Part shown: piece after piece, positions 1-17,262 of the stretch
How positions within the stretch are numbered: the stretch's first letter is position 1
How the letters are laid out: every line of letters begins with the position of its first letter
From: the human T2T-CHM13v2.0 reference genome, Homo sapiens
Strand: one strand, 5' to 3'
DNA: 64,000 nt
NCBI RefSeq assembly: GCF_009914755.1
Contig: NC_060925.1
Notes under the pieces: model-generated
Databases searched by the model: none
Seen by the model: the letters and a program-made list of their open reading frames with translations, nothing else
What the model was told of the DNA's origin: nothing
Translations under genes and position numbers: made by a program

Positions 1-777
1 AACAAGTCCTTGAGACCTTTGTTTAAAAACATCCAAAATGTGAGAAGATTGGCAATTAGTTAGAAAAGCATTAAGATTTCAGAAGAAATTGAGATTTTGC
101 TTTTGGTGTGTATAATACTAATAAGCAAGATTCTCATATTTTGCTTATTATGTTCAGTTGCTACAGACTGCTAGTAATGGCAGTTAGTAATGTAGAACCA
201 TTCATGCCATTACTATCAAGGTGGCTGGGTGGAAAGGAATGTGAATGGCTCTGAGGAATTCTTTGCTACATGGCAGAAAACTTTAGTGTACCTGCTGTTT
301 TCTAGTACTACAAAGCCGGAAGTTCTTTCCTTTTCCTTTACATCCTCCATCCCTATTTTAGCTGTTTTTCAAGGACTCACTTAAGTCCTTCATGCTTTAT
401 GAAACCTCAAATTATTCTAGAACCTATATAATCTCTTACTTTTCTGAACTCCTGTCGGGTATATAGTTTATATCACAGAGTTAGCACTTAATTATCCTCT
501 AATTTTCTAATATATGTGTATTTTAAATGCCTCCTTAGCAAAGGATCTGGTTTCTATTACTTAGCATGGTAGATAAATAGTGGGTATGCAATACTCCTAC
601 AGGTTGAGCATTCCTAATCCAAAAATCTAAAATCTGAAATATTCCAAAATCAGAAGCTTTTCAAGTGGCAGTATGCCACAAAACTTTGTTTTATGCACAA
701 AAATCATTTAAAACATTGTATAAGGTTGCCTTCAAGCTATGTGTGTAAGGTATGTATGAACATTAATGAATTTCAGG

Positions 778-1068
778 TTTGTTTATTTATTTATTGAGAT
801 GGGAGTCTTACTCTCTTGCCCAGTCTAGAGTGGAGTGGTGCAATCTTGGCTTACTGCAACCTCTGCCTCCTGAGCTCTAGAGAGCTTCCCACCACAGACT
901 CCCGAGTAGCTGGAATTATTAGTGTGCGCCACCATGCCTGGCTATTTTAGTAGAGACAGAGTTTCACCATGTTGGCCAGGCTAGTCTTGAACTCCTGTAC
1001 TCAAGCTATCTGCCTGCCTCCACCTCCCAAAATGCTGGGATTACAGGCGTGAGCCACTGTGCTTAGCT
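778..1068 (-). mobile_element. Alu
   Basis: Antisense Alu dimer. Confidence 0.9.
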
Positions 1069-1083
1069 GAATTTCATGTGTAG

Positions 1084-1451
<368 letters not shown>

Positions 1452-1777
1452 TAAAAATCCAAAATCTGAAACCTTCTAGTCCCAAGCATTTCAGATAAGG
1501 GTTACTCAACCTGTGTTATTATTAATAGCTTTTTATGTACTAGTCTGGGTAATAGATGCTTTATAAATATTATCTCTAATTTCTATAACAACTTTGCAGC
1601 ATAGTTATTATCATCTCCATCTTCTAGAAGAGGAAATGGCAGTGGCTAACAAGAAGTCAAGATTCACAAAACATGTTTCAAACCATTTCATTCAGTCACG
1701 TAAATACTTGGCCAATTGATAATATAAAGAGGGTAATTTATTATATTATTATGACTACTATAAAGAAAAATAGAGTT

Positions 1778-1896
1778 TCTGGGCATGATGGCTCATGCCT
1801 GGAATTCTAACACTTTGGGAGGCTGAAGCGGGAGGATCACTTGAGTTCAGGAGTTTGAGACCAGTCCAGGCAACGTAGTGAGACCTAGTCGCTAAA

Positions 1897-1927
<31 letters not shown>

Positions 1928-1936
1928 AAGAAAAAC
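1778..1936 (+). mobile_element. FLAM / Alu left monomer
   Basis: Monomer with A tail; TSD AAAGAAAAATAGAGTT at 1762-1777 and 1937-1952. Confidence 0.88.
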
Positions 1937-2298
1937 AAAGAAAAATAGAGTTAAAATTCTACAATTTCCACTTTGGGGAAAATTTTATCATATATAATCA
2001 AGTAAATTTGCAAATATAAAATAGAAACAAAACTAACCACATTTTCATTTTTCATAAGACGTTTTCATTTGCAGCCAAGAATTTTTTAGTTGAGAGTAAA
2101 TACCTTAAAATAATAATGTGGCATTCTACTACTTGTGACAGACTTACTTTGTATTCAGTGTTGTACCAAAGATTTGGAATATGTATGGAGAGATAGGGAA
2201 TAGGGCAAGAGGGTAAATATTCTGACTTATATTTAAAATAAGCGAATACCTGTTCAAATCTTAGAGGAAATAAAACTCTAAAATATTTTATCTGATAA

Positions 2299-2653
<355 letters not shown>

Positions 2654-2727
2654 AAATTCTTTAATTCTGATGGAATTACCTGCAGACTAATTGTAACACG
2701 CATGCTTTTCTAGGATTTGGGAGGGGA

Positions 2728-2857
2728 ATTTGTTTGTTTGGTAGATGGCGTCTAGCTATGTTGCCCAGGCCAGCCTTGAATTCCTGGCCTCAAGCAATTC
2801 TTACACCTTAGCTTCTCAAAGTCCTGGGATTACAGGCATGAGCCACCATGCCTGGCT
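2728..2857 (-). mobile_element. FLAM / Alu monomer
   Basis: Antisense left-arm sequence. Confidence 0.8.
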
Positions 2858-3182
2858 GCAAGTTTTAATTTTTGAAATTGAGGCATAGCATTATAGGGTC
2901 ATAACTTAACTTATAAACTGGCTTTATAAATTAGTACATTTTAAATAGGACTAATGAAGCCTATATTTTCCTCCACTAGTATATTTAAAGGTATAAGACT
3001 TGTGTATCCCAAACACTCAGAATATTAAATAACTAAAGATCTTATTCTAAAAGGTGCATTGAGTGGGTTTTTGAGGCCTAAAAATTGTATACCAGTGCTA
3101 ATTGGGATATACCAAACTTTTTGTCTCTTAGTAATTAGTTTTGTTTTGTTTTGTTTTGTTTTAATGTTGTGCTTATCTTAAG

Positions 3183-3277
3183 GTGTAAATGCAGACAAAG
3201 TTGGAATTGAAGCTGCCGAAATGCTATTAGCAAATCTTAGACATGGTGGTACTGTGGATGAGTATCTGCAAGACCAG
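3183..3277 (+). CDS. RTCA: RTCA internal coding exon (third from last)
   Basis: ttaag| acceptor, CAG|gtaatg donor; encodes (G)[31 protein letters not shown] with the RTC-family DEYLQDQ motif; ends phase 0. Confidence 0.96.
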
Positions 3278-3606
3278 GTAATGACACATTTAGGTTAAAA
3301 ACCCTCTAACCTGTTAGATTTGAATATGTGGTAGATTGAATATCAATTTAAATAATTGACTTTCAGACACTAATTAGCAAGTCCTACTTCAATAATTTAA
3401 AAAAATATTCTGGGATTTGCATTCCTCAAATTTCAGCCCTCATTTTACTTTACCTGTCTACAGTGTTTTGCGCAATTGACCACTCCTTCCTTTTTGAAGT
3501 ATTTTCTTTCCTTGGTTTCTGAAATACTGTTATCTTCCTATCTCACTGGCCATACATTCTAGTCTCCTTTGCTAGTTTATTATGGTTTTCATCTTCTCAA
3601 CAACAA

Positions 3607-3888
3607 TTTTTTTTTTTTTGGTGGAGACAGAGTCTTGCTATGTTGCCCAGGCTGGTCTCGAACTCCTGGTTTCAAGTGATCCTCCTGCTTCAGCTTCCTG
3701 AGTAGCTAGGCCTACAGGCACATGCTGTCATGCCTACCTAATTTAAAACTTTTTTTTGTTTTAATTTTTATAGAGACGAGGTCTCAGTATGTTGACCAGG
3801 CTAATCCTAAACTCTGGCACCCAAGTGATCCTCCCACTTTGGCCTCCCAGAGTTTTGAGATTAAGGGCCATGAGCCACTGTGCCTGGC
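3607..3888 (-). mobile_element. AluJ-like element within an L2 remnant
   Basis: Diverged antisense dimer; flanks resemble L2. Confidence 0.8.
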
Positions 3889-4126
3889 CAACTTCTAAAT
3901 TTTGATGAGCCCCTGGACTTTGGCTTATACTTGTTTTCTTTTTCTGTAGTTGCTCCCTCTCTTAGTTTGTCCAGTCTCATGGCTTAAGTACCGTCTTTAT
4001 GCTGACAACTCCCAAATTTATATCCGAAGCCCAGGCCTTTCTCTTTAACTCCTTGCTCATAATATCCCCTATGCCTGTCAACACCTCCACTTGGACGTGT
4101 CACAGACCTCTCAAACTTAGCACGTT

Positions 4127-4444
4127 GCATGGCGCGGTGGCTCAAGCCTGTAATCCCAGCACTTTGGGAGGCCGAGGTGGGCGGATCACGAGGTCAAGAG
4201 ATCGAGACCATCCTGGCTAACACGGTGAAACCCCGTCTCTACTGAAAAAATACAAAAAATTAGCCGGGCGTGGTGGCGGGTGCCTGTAGTCGTAGCTACT
4301 CGGGAGGCTGAGGCAGGAGAAAGGCGTGAACCTGGGAGGCGGAGTTTTGCAGTGAGCCGAGAATGCGCCACTGCACTCCAGCCTGGGTGGCAGAGCAAGA
4401 CTCCGTCTCAAAAAAAAAAAAAAAAAAAAAACGAAAAACAAAAA
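4127..4444 (+). mobile_element. AluY
   Basis: CpG-rich, contains GAGATCGAGACCATCCTGGCTAACACGG; TSD AAACTTAGCACGTT at 4113-4126 and 4445-4458. Confidence 0.92.
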
Positions 4445-5053
4445 AAACTTAGCACGTTCACTCACAGTGAGAAGTGATACTGAATATTTCCAAATATTGT
4501 TTTTATGGTCTGTTATCTTTATAGATTTTCCTTTCTACCATACTTTTGTCTCCTTAGTCCCAAATCAGTAGTGTCCACATTTAGAAATATAGTCCTCGAG
4601 ATTTCTTGACCTGTTTCTTAAGACAGTTTCTGTTATTTCTAGTCTCCTCCTCCTTGCCCAGGTCTACTTTAAACTCCCAGTAAAGTCCCAGTATTAGTCT
4701 GTCTATTCAGCTGTTAAAATGTAATTTAAGAGAGTAGAATAAACATCATATTATATATACCAACTTGTAGAGATAGTTGGTCTAAGTATATTACTGTTCT
4801 GTATTTTACTTGTAAATATTAATTTAAAAAATTATATGTTGAGAGCTGCTACCAAGCCTTTTTGTACTACTCACAGACTTAGGGTAACATAGGTTTTCTG
4901 TCATCTTCTGAGTATGTCTGGAAACCTAAAGAAATAGAAATTCTGTTTTAGCAATTTTTATTTCTAGTAGTATTTTTATTATGGGCAGCAGTGGAATTAT
5001 AATGCCAAATATTAATAAATGTGTGAGGTTTTTCTTTGTTCTTTTTTAAATAG

Positions 5054-5158
5054 CTGATTGTTTTCATGGCATTAGCCAATGGAGTTTCCAGAATAAAAAC
5101 AGGACCAGTTACACTCCATACGCAAACCGCGATACATTTTGCTGAACAAATAGCAAAG
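5054..5158 (+). CDS. RTCA: RTCA penultimate coding exon
   Basis: T-rich tract + tag| acceptor, AAG|gtgagt donor; 105 nt, [35 protein letters not shown] including the TLHTQT motif (adenylated His of RtcA). Confidence 0.96.
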
Positions 5159-5624
5159 GTGAGTATTCTATCAGAAAGGGAAATTGATATTTTGATTTTT
5201 ATTTTAGCCAATTTTGGGTTAAATTTTAATAGGAAACTTAATAGTAATCATAATTGCTATCACTGTTTCCTGTGTGACAGGCACTGAGCTAATTTAGCAA
5301 TTTATCTAAACTGTCTACTCAGCATAACTATTGTAGGTGGCTATTTATTATTATTCCCATTATAAATATGAGTAAAGTGAGGCAGAGAGAGTCATTAAAT
5401 TGTTCAAGGCCACATGGATTTTTAGTGGCAGAGCTGAGCTTTGAGCAAACCTGGGAAAGCATACTTCAAAACCCATGTTATAATCACTGTGTGGTACTGC
5501 CTTACAGAGTAAGTAAAGATGTTTTGTTGTGAACTATGATATCAAATCACAAGGGATTCATAGTTGGCTATAAAAAAATTTATATAAAATTTTAGACATT
5601 TTATTTTCTTGATTCTATTGGTAA

Positions 5625-6046
<422 letters not shown>

Positions 6047-6361
6047 TGGATTGTTAATTTAAAGAAACAATAGGTATATTTCATCATGAAACTAATGTAA
6101 TTTCTTTATAGGAAATAGAGGGGAAAAGCCTTCTCATAATTTCCCCTTGCCGGTAAAACCACTGTTGACATTTAGGTGTTTTCCTCTTCTCCTAAATCGT
6201 TTCTCTTTGCATTTTTTGCAGTTAATGCATACAACTTAATTTCTTGCTTATTTCAGTAACATGTAGCATATTTCCCATTTTGCTTATTCTTTATAAAGTA
6301 ATTTTATAAAGAAATATAAAATTTGTAACAATTTTATAAGGGAAGTTGCTAATCTTAAGCA

Positions 6362-6644
6362 TTTTTATTATTATTGTTTTTGAGACAGGGTCTCACACTG
6401 TTGCCCAGGCTGGATTGCAGTGGCACAAACCTCCTGGGCTCTCAAATGATCCTCCCACCGCAGCCTCCCAAGTAGCTGGGGCTACGGGAGTGTGCCACCA
6501 CACCTGGCTAATTTTTTGATGTTTTGTAGAGATGGAGTCTTGCCACATTCCCAGGCTGGTCTTGAACTCCTGGGCTCAAGCAGTCCTCTGACCTCAATCT
6601 CCCAAAGCGCTAGGATTACAGGTGTAAGCCAGCATGCCCAGCCC
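6362..6644 (-). mobile_element. AluJ-like
   Basis: Antisense dimer with a small internal deletion. Confidence 0.85.
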
Positions 6645-6767
6645 TAGTCTTAAGCATTTTTTAAAGTGACAAAAGTAACATATATTAATTTAAAAAATTA
6701 ATCATTACAGAAGTGTCCCATACACAAAACCACTGTTGCTGCCCTACTCCTATTTGTATGATGATCC

Positions 6768-7392
<625 letters not shown>

Positions 7393-8220
7393 TTTGATTC
7401 TTAATTATGTATACTTTTAATTGTTATTAAGAAACATAGATAAGTTTTTGTTAAATTGTAGGAAAGACTGATGGGAATTAAAGGCAAATTGTATTTGATG
7501 TCAAGAGTGTTAACTCTATTTTTTTTGTTACTCTACTTATGCTGTATTTATAACTATTACTTGTCTGTCTCTCCTTATAGATTGATCTCCTTAATAGCAG
7601 AGATCAGGTTTTATTCATTATATTCTTTACTTTTCACAGTACTTTACATATAGTAGATGCTTACTTGTTATTTGAAATGTATACATAACGGAAAGTGCTA
7701 TGAACCTGTGTATAGCTTGTATCTTGGTCAGCTTTGTTGTGTATAACTGGGTGACTTGGGGCAAGTTTCTTATCTTTCTTTGTCTCAATGCAAATAGTTA
7801 TCTGTAAAATCAGACTTAAGCTAGATAGGCCTGCTATGCTCCTTTCAGGTCTACATATTTGTAGTTTTAAGTAGGTTTATGTATAGGCTAGAAATGATTT
7901 TCATAGCTGCTACGTGTGTTTCATATTTACATAATGCTTGTAATTTGAAAAATATATAAACGCATGCATATATTACTAATTAATTAATATGGTTACCTAG
8001 CTCAGAATTCAGCATTTATTCATTCAACAGTAATTTCAAGTGTCCACTCTGTGTCAGTACATTACCATGTAATGCTGAAAGTGAAAGAATTTTTAAACAT
8101 TACTATTCATTCAGTAAGGCCCCCAAGTGATGGTTTTCAAATTGTGCTTCCAAGAATCCTAAGATTTTAGGCATATTTGAAATCCTTTTGCCACAAACTT
8201 AACCTATTTAATTGTTTTGA

Positions 8221-8784
<564 letters not shown>

Positions 8785-9349
8785 TTACTAAGTGAAAAAT
8801 GTGATGTTAAGCCCAGTACATTAAAGATGAAGGAAGATGTTAATCACCACCACCACCCCTCCTCCCCACATACCTTCTCTGAACTGGATCTTTTGAACGA
8901 TATATATAGGGAACTAAATTAGCAAGAAAAAATGTAAAGAAATTAAAGGGTAATTTGTGACTTGACAAGATAAAAGTAGAAATGTTTCAGAAAAATTTTA
9001 GGGCATAGGGAATACAGTTGCATTAAAATTACCATTTGAGGTTTCAAAATTGTTATTTGCCTAAGCTGTACATCTGAGCTTTCTGATTCAGTGTGCGTGG
9101 AAGGGGCCCAGGCATATATATTTGGACAAAACTCACAGGTATGTATACCTCTGAAGAAGAACCATGGTTGTACAATGAAATGTGTTATCTTGAGGCTATT
9201 AAGTTTCTTTCTCATCAATCATTTGATCTTTGTGTCTCTGTAGGTTTTTCAATAAAATGGGCTTGACATTAACTCTCTGCCTACATAAGTTGGAGTTGTG
9301 GGCTCTTTCCTCCATCTCTCTTCGTATTACTTATATACTCCTCTTCTGA

Positions 9350-9457
<108 letters not shown>

Positions 9458-9701
9458 AGTATTTGCCTCTTAAATGATACCTCATTGATATATTGCACTA
9501 TTTCATAAATACTATAAAATAATGACTAGGAAGTAACTTATTAAAGGCTATGACTTAAATTTGAAGATGAAGTACAGTGTTCTAGGTTTGCTGAGAAGGC
9601 TTCATTAAATTAATCTCACTTTGAATATCTCCTGAGAGATGGACAATGAAATATCAGTTGGTGGATATGTGTGATAGCTGATTTCAATATTGAAGTATTG
9701 A

Positions 9702-9707
9702 AATAAA
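9702..9707 (+). terminator. Proximal poly(A) signal of RTCA
   Basis: AATAAA 245 nt after the stop codon, followed by a T-rich tract at about 9735-9750. Confidence 0.6.
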
Positions 9708-9874
9708 ATATTCTTTACACCTGAAGTAAATACATTTTTCTTTTTTATGTAATTAATTAAATCAGGGATATAGATTTGATCTGTAATTTGGGTATAATTC
9801 TAATCTTTGCTGAAATCACATCTCAAGTATAATGAGGCAACTTTATGCAAATGTACTTGTTGTGACAACAATAA

Positions 9875-10168
<294 letters not shown>

Positions 10169-10242
10169 CAACAATAACATTTAATAGGCATTGTCTCATT
10201 CTAATGATATATACCTTCTACCTAGTGGGCACTTTGTACATA

Positions 10243-10553
10243 TTTATTTTTTATTTTATTTATTCATTTTTTTTGAGACAGAGTCTCACTCTGTCACCAA
10301 GTTGGAGTGCAGTGGCACAATCTCAGCTCACTGCAACCTCCGCCTTCCAGGTTGAAGTGATTCTCCAGCCTCAGCCTCCCGAGTAGCTGGGACTCCAGGC
10401 ACGTACCACCATACCCAGATAATTTTTGCATTTTTAGTAGAGACGGGGTTTCACCATGTTGGCTAGGATGGTCTCCATCTCCTGACCTCGTGATCCGCCC
10501 ACCTTGGCCTCCCAAAGTGCTGGGATTACAGGCATGAGCCACCACAGCTGGCC
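10243..10553 (-). mobile_element. AluS (Sc-like) in the RTCA 3' region
   Basis: Antisense dimer. Confidence 0.9.
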
Positions 10554-10696
10554 GTAAATATTTTTTGAATTTGAATCTGTTTTGGAAGCCAAATATGTTT
10601 TGGAAGCCAAACAATTAAGAGAAGTAAAATTTTAACCCTAGTAGGTTTCGCAGATTCATCCCCAGATATGTTTTTGTTTGGCTTGTGTTATTAACA

Positions 10697-10702
10697 AATA
10701 AA
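10697..10702 (+). terminator. Candidate distal poly(A) signal of RTCA
   Basis: AATAAA after two 3' UTR Alus, with TG/T-rich sequence downstream. Confidence 0.5.
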
Positions 10703-12415
10703 TGAGTGTCTTTCAAATGGAATGTGCTTTCATTATTCTCTGTTATCTTACACCCAACATGCTTCCACATTTAGATGTTTTCCTGTTCCCGGTAGCAGTT
10801 GAGGTTGTGACTCAAAGGAAATCAGTTTGGTATGTCAGCTTAATGTGTTGTACTACAATAGAGTGTGTAATTCATTAAAACTTGGGTCTATCTTGGACCT
10901 TTTCTCATGATGATTAAAACATAGTCCAAAATGTAGATCCAGAGGATGCTCTATGATACATTTAGAAAGTCCTGAATTAGTCTGTATGGAACAGTAAAAT
11001 GAAAAAAGTTGCCATGTACATAGTCATTATTCTTATCCTTGTCTGTGATATCTATGACCTTGGACAGTTGGGTTCAATTTGCTTTAAAGTTGATAATAGT
11101 GTTACTTGCTGTTTATGTTTTCACATAGTGGGTAAGTTTTGTAAGTTATTCATTTCTGTAATAGTTGAGATATATCTTTCTATTTTAGAGTAAAACTTTT
11201 TTAGAGTAATACTACACTTGTTGTTCGAGGGATTGTGATAAATTTGGGGGTCTTCAGACTGAAATGATTTCTGTACTTCTGATGAGGTGTGCCAGCAGTG
11301 TTAAAGGTGTAGGCTGGAGTGCAGAGATTTTGCCTCTGGGAGTGAGAGATTTAAATTCAACAGTATACACGGGGAGTTTACGATTAATCTTGGCTTAGAT
11401 GTGTCACTGTTATTGAGTCTCAGCGGTAAGTCCTACAAGTGACTTGAATTTCTATTTTCCAAAAAACTTCTATTCTTATGTCTGTTCTTTATCTAAAATT
11501 CCATTTCAGTATGTTTGTTTGTTTGTTTTAAACTACCAAATGCAAGTAGTTCTGTTGATTTGACACTGTAGAACAGTCTTTTAAGAATATTCTTTAAACC
11601 AGTGGCCTTCAAACAGGGGTATTCCTACCACTTGAGTTTTACAACGCTTTTCCATGAGATTCAGGTTTTGCAGATGTCAGTGGTTTTTAGAGAATTAGTT
11701 TCCAAGTTTTGCTACTTAAATGTGTACTTTCTCCTAAAATTGAGTTGCTTAAAGTCAAGGTAGGTGTTTGAAGGTTCTTTTTAGCATCTTTTTCACAATT
11801 GCCATTCTTCCTTTTTACATAAGAAGTTTATTTTTTACCAGTCTTAGTGCATTTTCCCAGAGTTGTAAGAAAATCTCCAGGGTACCACATAAAGGGGCAT
11901 TTTGAAATACTAGTCTCTGAAAAGCCCACTCAAACTAAGATATGAACCTGCATCTTATTTGTGTATTTTGCATGATTTTAAATAAGGAGGAGAAAGCTTC
12001 ATTAATATGTTTATCTATTCAGTGTTTCAATAGATAAACATTACATCTTTAAACAGAATTTTCTTTTCTGATTACTAGGAGAACCATTTTTTTTTTTAAT
12101 TGCCAAAACGCTATTAGAATGTTTAAATCCTTTTAAACTTTGGGAGTTTACTGCTTAGTAAAAATTTCACTTCATTGCTCTCTATTCATCCCTACCATGT
12201 GCAGTGTGCTCTAGCTTCTATAATCTATCTTATATTATTGTGTAGTTTACATATTATTAATAGATATATAGATGGTGTTTTGTTTTGAGACAGTCTCAAA
12301 AGTGCTCAACAGCTGCCTATTGAATTATTAAATATGTCCTCAATAATGCTAATTTGGTGAACAATTTCATTTCCCTTTATGTTCTTCTGTCCTGGTTGTG
12401 ATACTGAATTATTAA

Positions 12416-13030
<615 letters not shown>

Positions 13031-13278
13031 AATACATATTTTTAAGTCCCACACTTGCTTGATAAACTTTTTGCTATATGTTTCCATTGAACTCTGTGTC
13101 ATTCCAGCAGTTAACAATATTTATACATGATATCTAATTTTTAAAAGCGTTAATCTCATTAAGATATTTTCAATAAGTTTTTATTTTTAGTGTTTAATAT
13201 TTCAAAATGTATATTTGTTATACTCAATTGTATAATGATATTGTAACTAAGTGTCAGAAGAAATTTTTTCATTTTTAA

Positions 13279-13892
13279 AAATCTTCGTTTGGGCATGGTG
13301 GCTCAAGCCTGTAATCTCAGCACTTTGGGAGGTCGAGGCAGGCAGATCACCTGAGGTCAGGAGTTCGAGACCAGTCTGGCCAACATGGCGAAACCCTGTC
13401 TCTACTAAAACTACAAAAATTAGCTGGACGTGGAACGTGCCTGTAATCCCAACTACTCGGGAGATTGAGGTAGGGAGAATTGCTTGAAGCCAGGATGCAG
13501 AGGTTGCAGTGAGCGGAGATCATGCCACTGCAGTCCAGCCTGGGTGACAGAGCAAGACTCCATCTTGGAAAAAAGAAAAAAAGGCCAGGCAGGGTGGTTT
13601 ACGTATGTAATCCCAGCACTTTGGAGGGCCGAGGTGGGTGGATCACCTGAGGTCAGGAGTTTGAGACCAGCCTGGCCAACATGATGAAACCCCGTCTCTA
13701 CTAAAAATACAAAAAATAGCCGGGCATGGTGGCTGGTGCCTGTAATCCCAGCTACTCAGGAGGCTGAGGCAGGAGGATAGCTTGAACCCAGGAGGCAGAG
13801 GTTGCAGTGAGCCGAGATCATGCCACTGCATTTCATCCTGGGAGGCAGAGCAAGACTCCATCTCACAAAAACAAAAAACAAACAAAAAAAAA
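13279..13892 (+). mobile_element. Two tandem sense AluS
   Basis: Dimers at about 13279-13582 and 13583-13892. Confidence 0.9.
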
Positions 13893-14085
13893 CTTCACTG
13901 AACATTTTTACATAATGCAGATTAATACATAAAGATATACTAAGATAACTTTGTGGGTGAAAAAATTAGCTAGGTGACTACAATTTTAAAAAAAGATACC
14001 TTTGTGGGAGAAGTGGAAATTTTTTTTTTAATTTGAGATAATATCAAACAGCCACTCCAGTAAATACATTTGAGAGTGGTGTCAT

Positions 14086-14385
14086 TATTTATTTAATTTT
14101 TTTGAGATAGTATTTCGCTTTATTACCCAGAGTGAGTGCATGGCATGAGTTCAAGATTCACTAGCAGCCTCGACCTCTGGGGCTCAGGTGATTTCTCCCG
14201 CCTCAGTCTCCTGAGTAGCTAGGACTACAGGCACATGCCACCACGCCCAGCTAACTTTTTGTATTTTTTTGTAGAGACGGGGTTTCGCAATGTTGGCCAG
14301 GCTGGTTTTGAACTCCTGTGTTCAAGCTGCCCGTCTTGGCCTCTCAGAGTGCTGGGATTACAGGCGTGAGCCACTGTGCCCTGCC
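14086..14385 (-). mobile_element. AluJ-like
   Basis: Antisense dimer. Confidence 0.85.
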
Positions 14386-14608
14386 TGATTTTATTTTAAA
14401 ATGGAAATATAACATGGAAATTAGATCATTTGCTATAGCTGTTGAAACTTATGATGAAAAATTTATGTCAACTTAAAAATTTATAAGAATAATAGTGTTT
14501 TGAAATTCTTTTTAGGAGGTTTGTGACCATAATATTTGATGACAACTGCATTCAGTTATGAGAAAAGTAGAGTTGTTAATTCAGTATCCTGTTTTCCTAC
14601 ATTTAACA

Positions 14609-14803
14609 CAGTGCTGTTCAATAGAATCTCTACAGTGATGGAAATGTGCTGTATCTTCACTGTCCAATAAAGAACCCACTAGCCACATGTGGCTCTCGAG
14701 CCTTGAAAAGTGTCTAGTGTAACTGAGAGAATGAATTCTAATTTTATTTAATTTTAATTTAAATAGCCACATGTATTTAGTGGCTATTGTACTCGACAGT
14801 GCA
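14609..14803. mobile_element. MER3-type hAT MITE
   Basis: CAGTGCTGTTCAATAGAA start and internal AGCCACATGTGGCT palindrome. Confidence 0.75.
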
Positions 14804-14832
14804 GATCTAGAAATTATTATAGATCTTTGTCT

Positions 14833-15307
14833 TTATTATTTTTTAATTTTACTTTTATTTTTTAAACTTTTAGGTTCAAGGGTACATGTGCAGGTTTGTT
14901 ATATAGGTAAACTTGGGGCATGGGGATTTGTTGTACAGGTTATTTCACTGGCCAGGTACTAAACCTAGTAGTACCCAATAGCTATTTTTTCTGATCCTCT
15001 CCCTCCTCCCAATCTCCACCTTCAAGTAGGCCCCAGTGTGTGTTGTTCCCCTCTTTGTGTCCCAGTGTTCTCATCATTTAGCTCTCACTTATAAGTGAGA
15101 ACATGCAGTATTTGGTTTTCTCTTCTTGTATTAGTTTGCTAAGGATAATGGCCTCCAGGTCCTGCAAAGAACATGATTCATTCTTTTTTATGGCTGCATA
15201 GTATTCCATGGTATATATGTACCACATTTTCTTTATCCAATCTGCCACTGATGGGCATTTAGGTTGATTCCATGTCTTTGCTATTGTGAATAGTGCTGCA
15301 ATGAACT
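14833..15307 (-). mobile_element. L1 3' end fragment (old L1PA)
   Basis: Antisense L1 3' UTR/ORF2 end (ggtacatgtgcaggtttgttatatagg ... tagtgctgcaatgaac). Confidence 0.85.
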
Positions 15308-15890
15308 ATTTTTGAATTTTGTATTATACCATCATCTCTCTGTAATAGCTACTGAGAAGAAATCTTTCAGGAAAATCATTTGGAGTAGATGTTTGGCGTT
15401 TAGTCATTTCCACATTGATGAGGCTTATGCCCCACTCCACAGGAGAAAGCAGAATTGTAGTGAACTTTTCCAGTATCTCTTTTGGGCTACTTGTTCTTCA
15501 AAGGAGGGAGAGGAGTCAGTAATCTGGTTGGTGAAAGCCTGACTTCCATCAGGAGACAGTCCCCTCCACTCCCCGTAACTGGTGCACTGCCTGCAGCAAG
15601 GACAGTAAGAAGGCTGGGTCTCCCGCCCACCTTCCCCCCATGCTCCTTCGTGAAAAGACACTTGTACAGTGGAATTTTTTAGACAGACCTGTGATCCTTT
15701 AGGTGGTGGCAGGGCACGTTTGCTCAGGATCTGCCTTGAAAATCTTCCCCACTGGCTGGGGCTAAGCCTAAATTTAAGGGGAGGCAGTAGGTGGCTCTAC
15801 TTTGACTTCAGGTCCTAGATCTCTTGCTTCCCAATCCAGCTTTACCAGAGAGCCTCTATTTTCAAAGTTATTAGTGCCCTGTATCTGTCC

Positions 15891-16215
<325 letters not shown>

Positions 16216-16815
16216 TAGAACCTGTAAGAAAGGAGGCAATTTTACTGCTAGTATGAAACATAAAGTGACTTTTTAGGAAGAACAATTGTGAAAACATTGT
16301 TTTGGTGATCATTAAAATAATCAGACTCTTGTAATGGTGGTGTTGATGGGGGTGGTGATGGTTGGTGGTTTCTTTTGGTTAGCTCTTTCCTTCACAGTAG
16401 AAAATTAGTGTGACATTTGGTTTTTGTCTGGGTTTTAATGTGTGCTGCTTCCACAGCTCTGAGATGGAGCTGATTGATAGGTGTGCATGATATGTTTTTT
16501 CAGTGATTTCTCTGGGCACACAGGCATTTCCTAAAGGAGAAGGGGAGGGGGGAAAACACTCAGGGACTCCTTACTACAAAGTTAACAAAAACTCCAAGTA
16601 AAGCCAGATTAAAATGCACATTAAAAGCAGTAGTGAAAGGGAAAGACTTGGTCTTTGTAGATGTTAATGGGGTAGGGCCGGGCAGATATCCCATCACCTG
16701 GTGGAGATTTCAAATGACCGTTTTCTCTTTTAGCAGTAGTACCACCTTTTTCTTTCCTATCCTGACCCTAGCCAATGTCTTTTGTGGGCAGCAATGTGCT
16801 ACCCTTCATTTAATA

Positions 16816-17262
16816 CAGATGCTCCTCAACTTAGATGGGGTTATCTCCCAATAAACGCATCGTAAGTTGAAAATAAGTCAAAAATGCATTTAATACACCT
16901 AACCTACTGAACATCATAGCTTAGCCTTGCCTACCTTAAACATGCTCAGAACACTTACATCAGCTTACAGTTTGGCAAAATCAGCTACTTTATAATAGTG
17001 TTGAATAGCCTCGTGATTTATTGAATACCGTAATAAAAGTGAAAAACAGAATGGTATGTTGGTTGTTTGCCCTTGTGATTGTGTAACTGACAGAGCTGTG
17101 GCTTGCTGCTGCTGCCCAGCATCATGAGAGATATTGGACCGTATATCGCTAGCTGGAGGAAAAGGTAAAAATTCAAAATCTGAAGTGTGCTTGCATATCG
17201 CTTTTGCACCACTGTAAAGTGAAAAATTATAAGTTAGACCATTGTAAGTTAGGGACTGCGTG
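16816..17262. mobile_element. Tigger3 (Golem/MER7)-type DNA transposon
   Basis: CAGATGCTCCTCAACTTA start, TAAGTTAGGGAC end, TA flanks. Confidence 0.8.

Noticed and set aside
5159-5287. Extension of ORF 5066-5287 beyond ...EQIAK
   Set aside because: Read-through into the RTCA intron past a strong gtgagt donor.
10578-10611. Direct repeat TTTTGGAAGCCAAA x2
   Set aside because: Ordinary short tandem duplication with no further structure.
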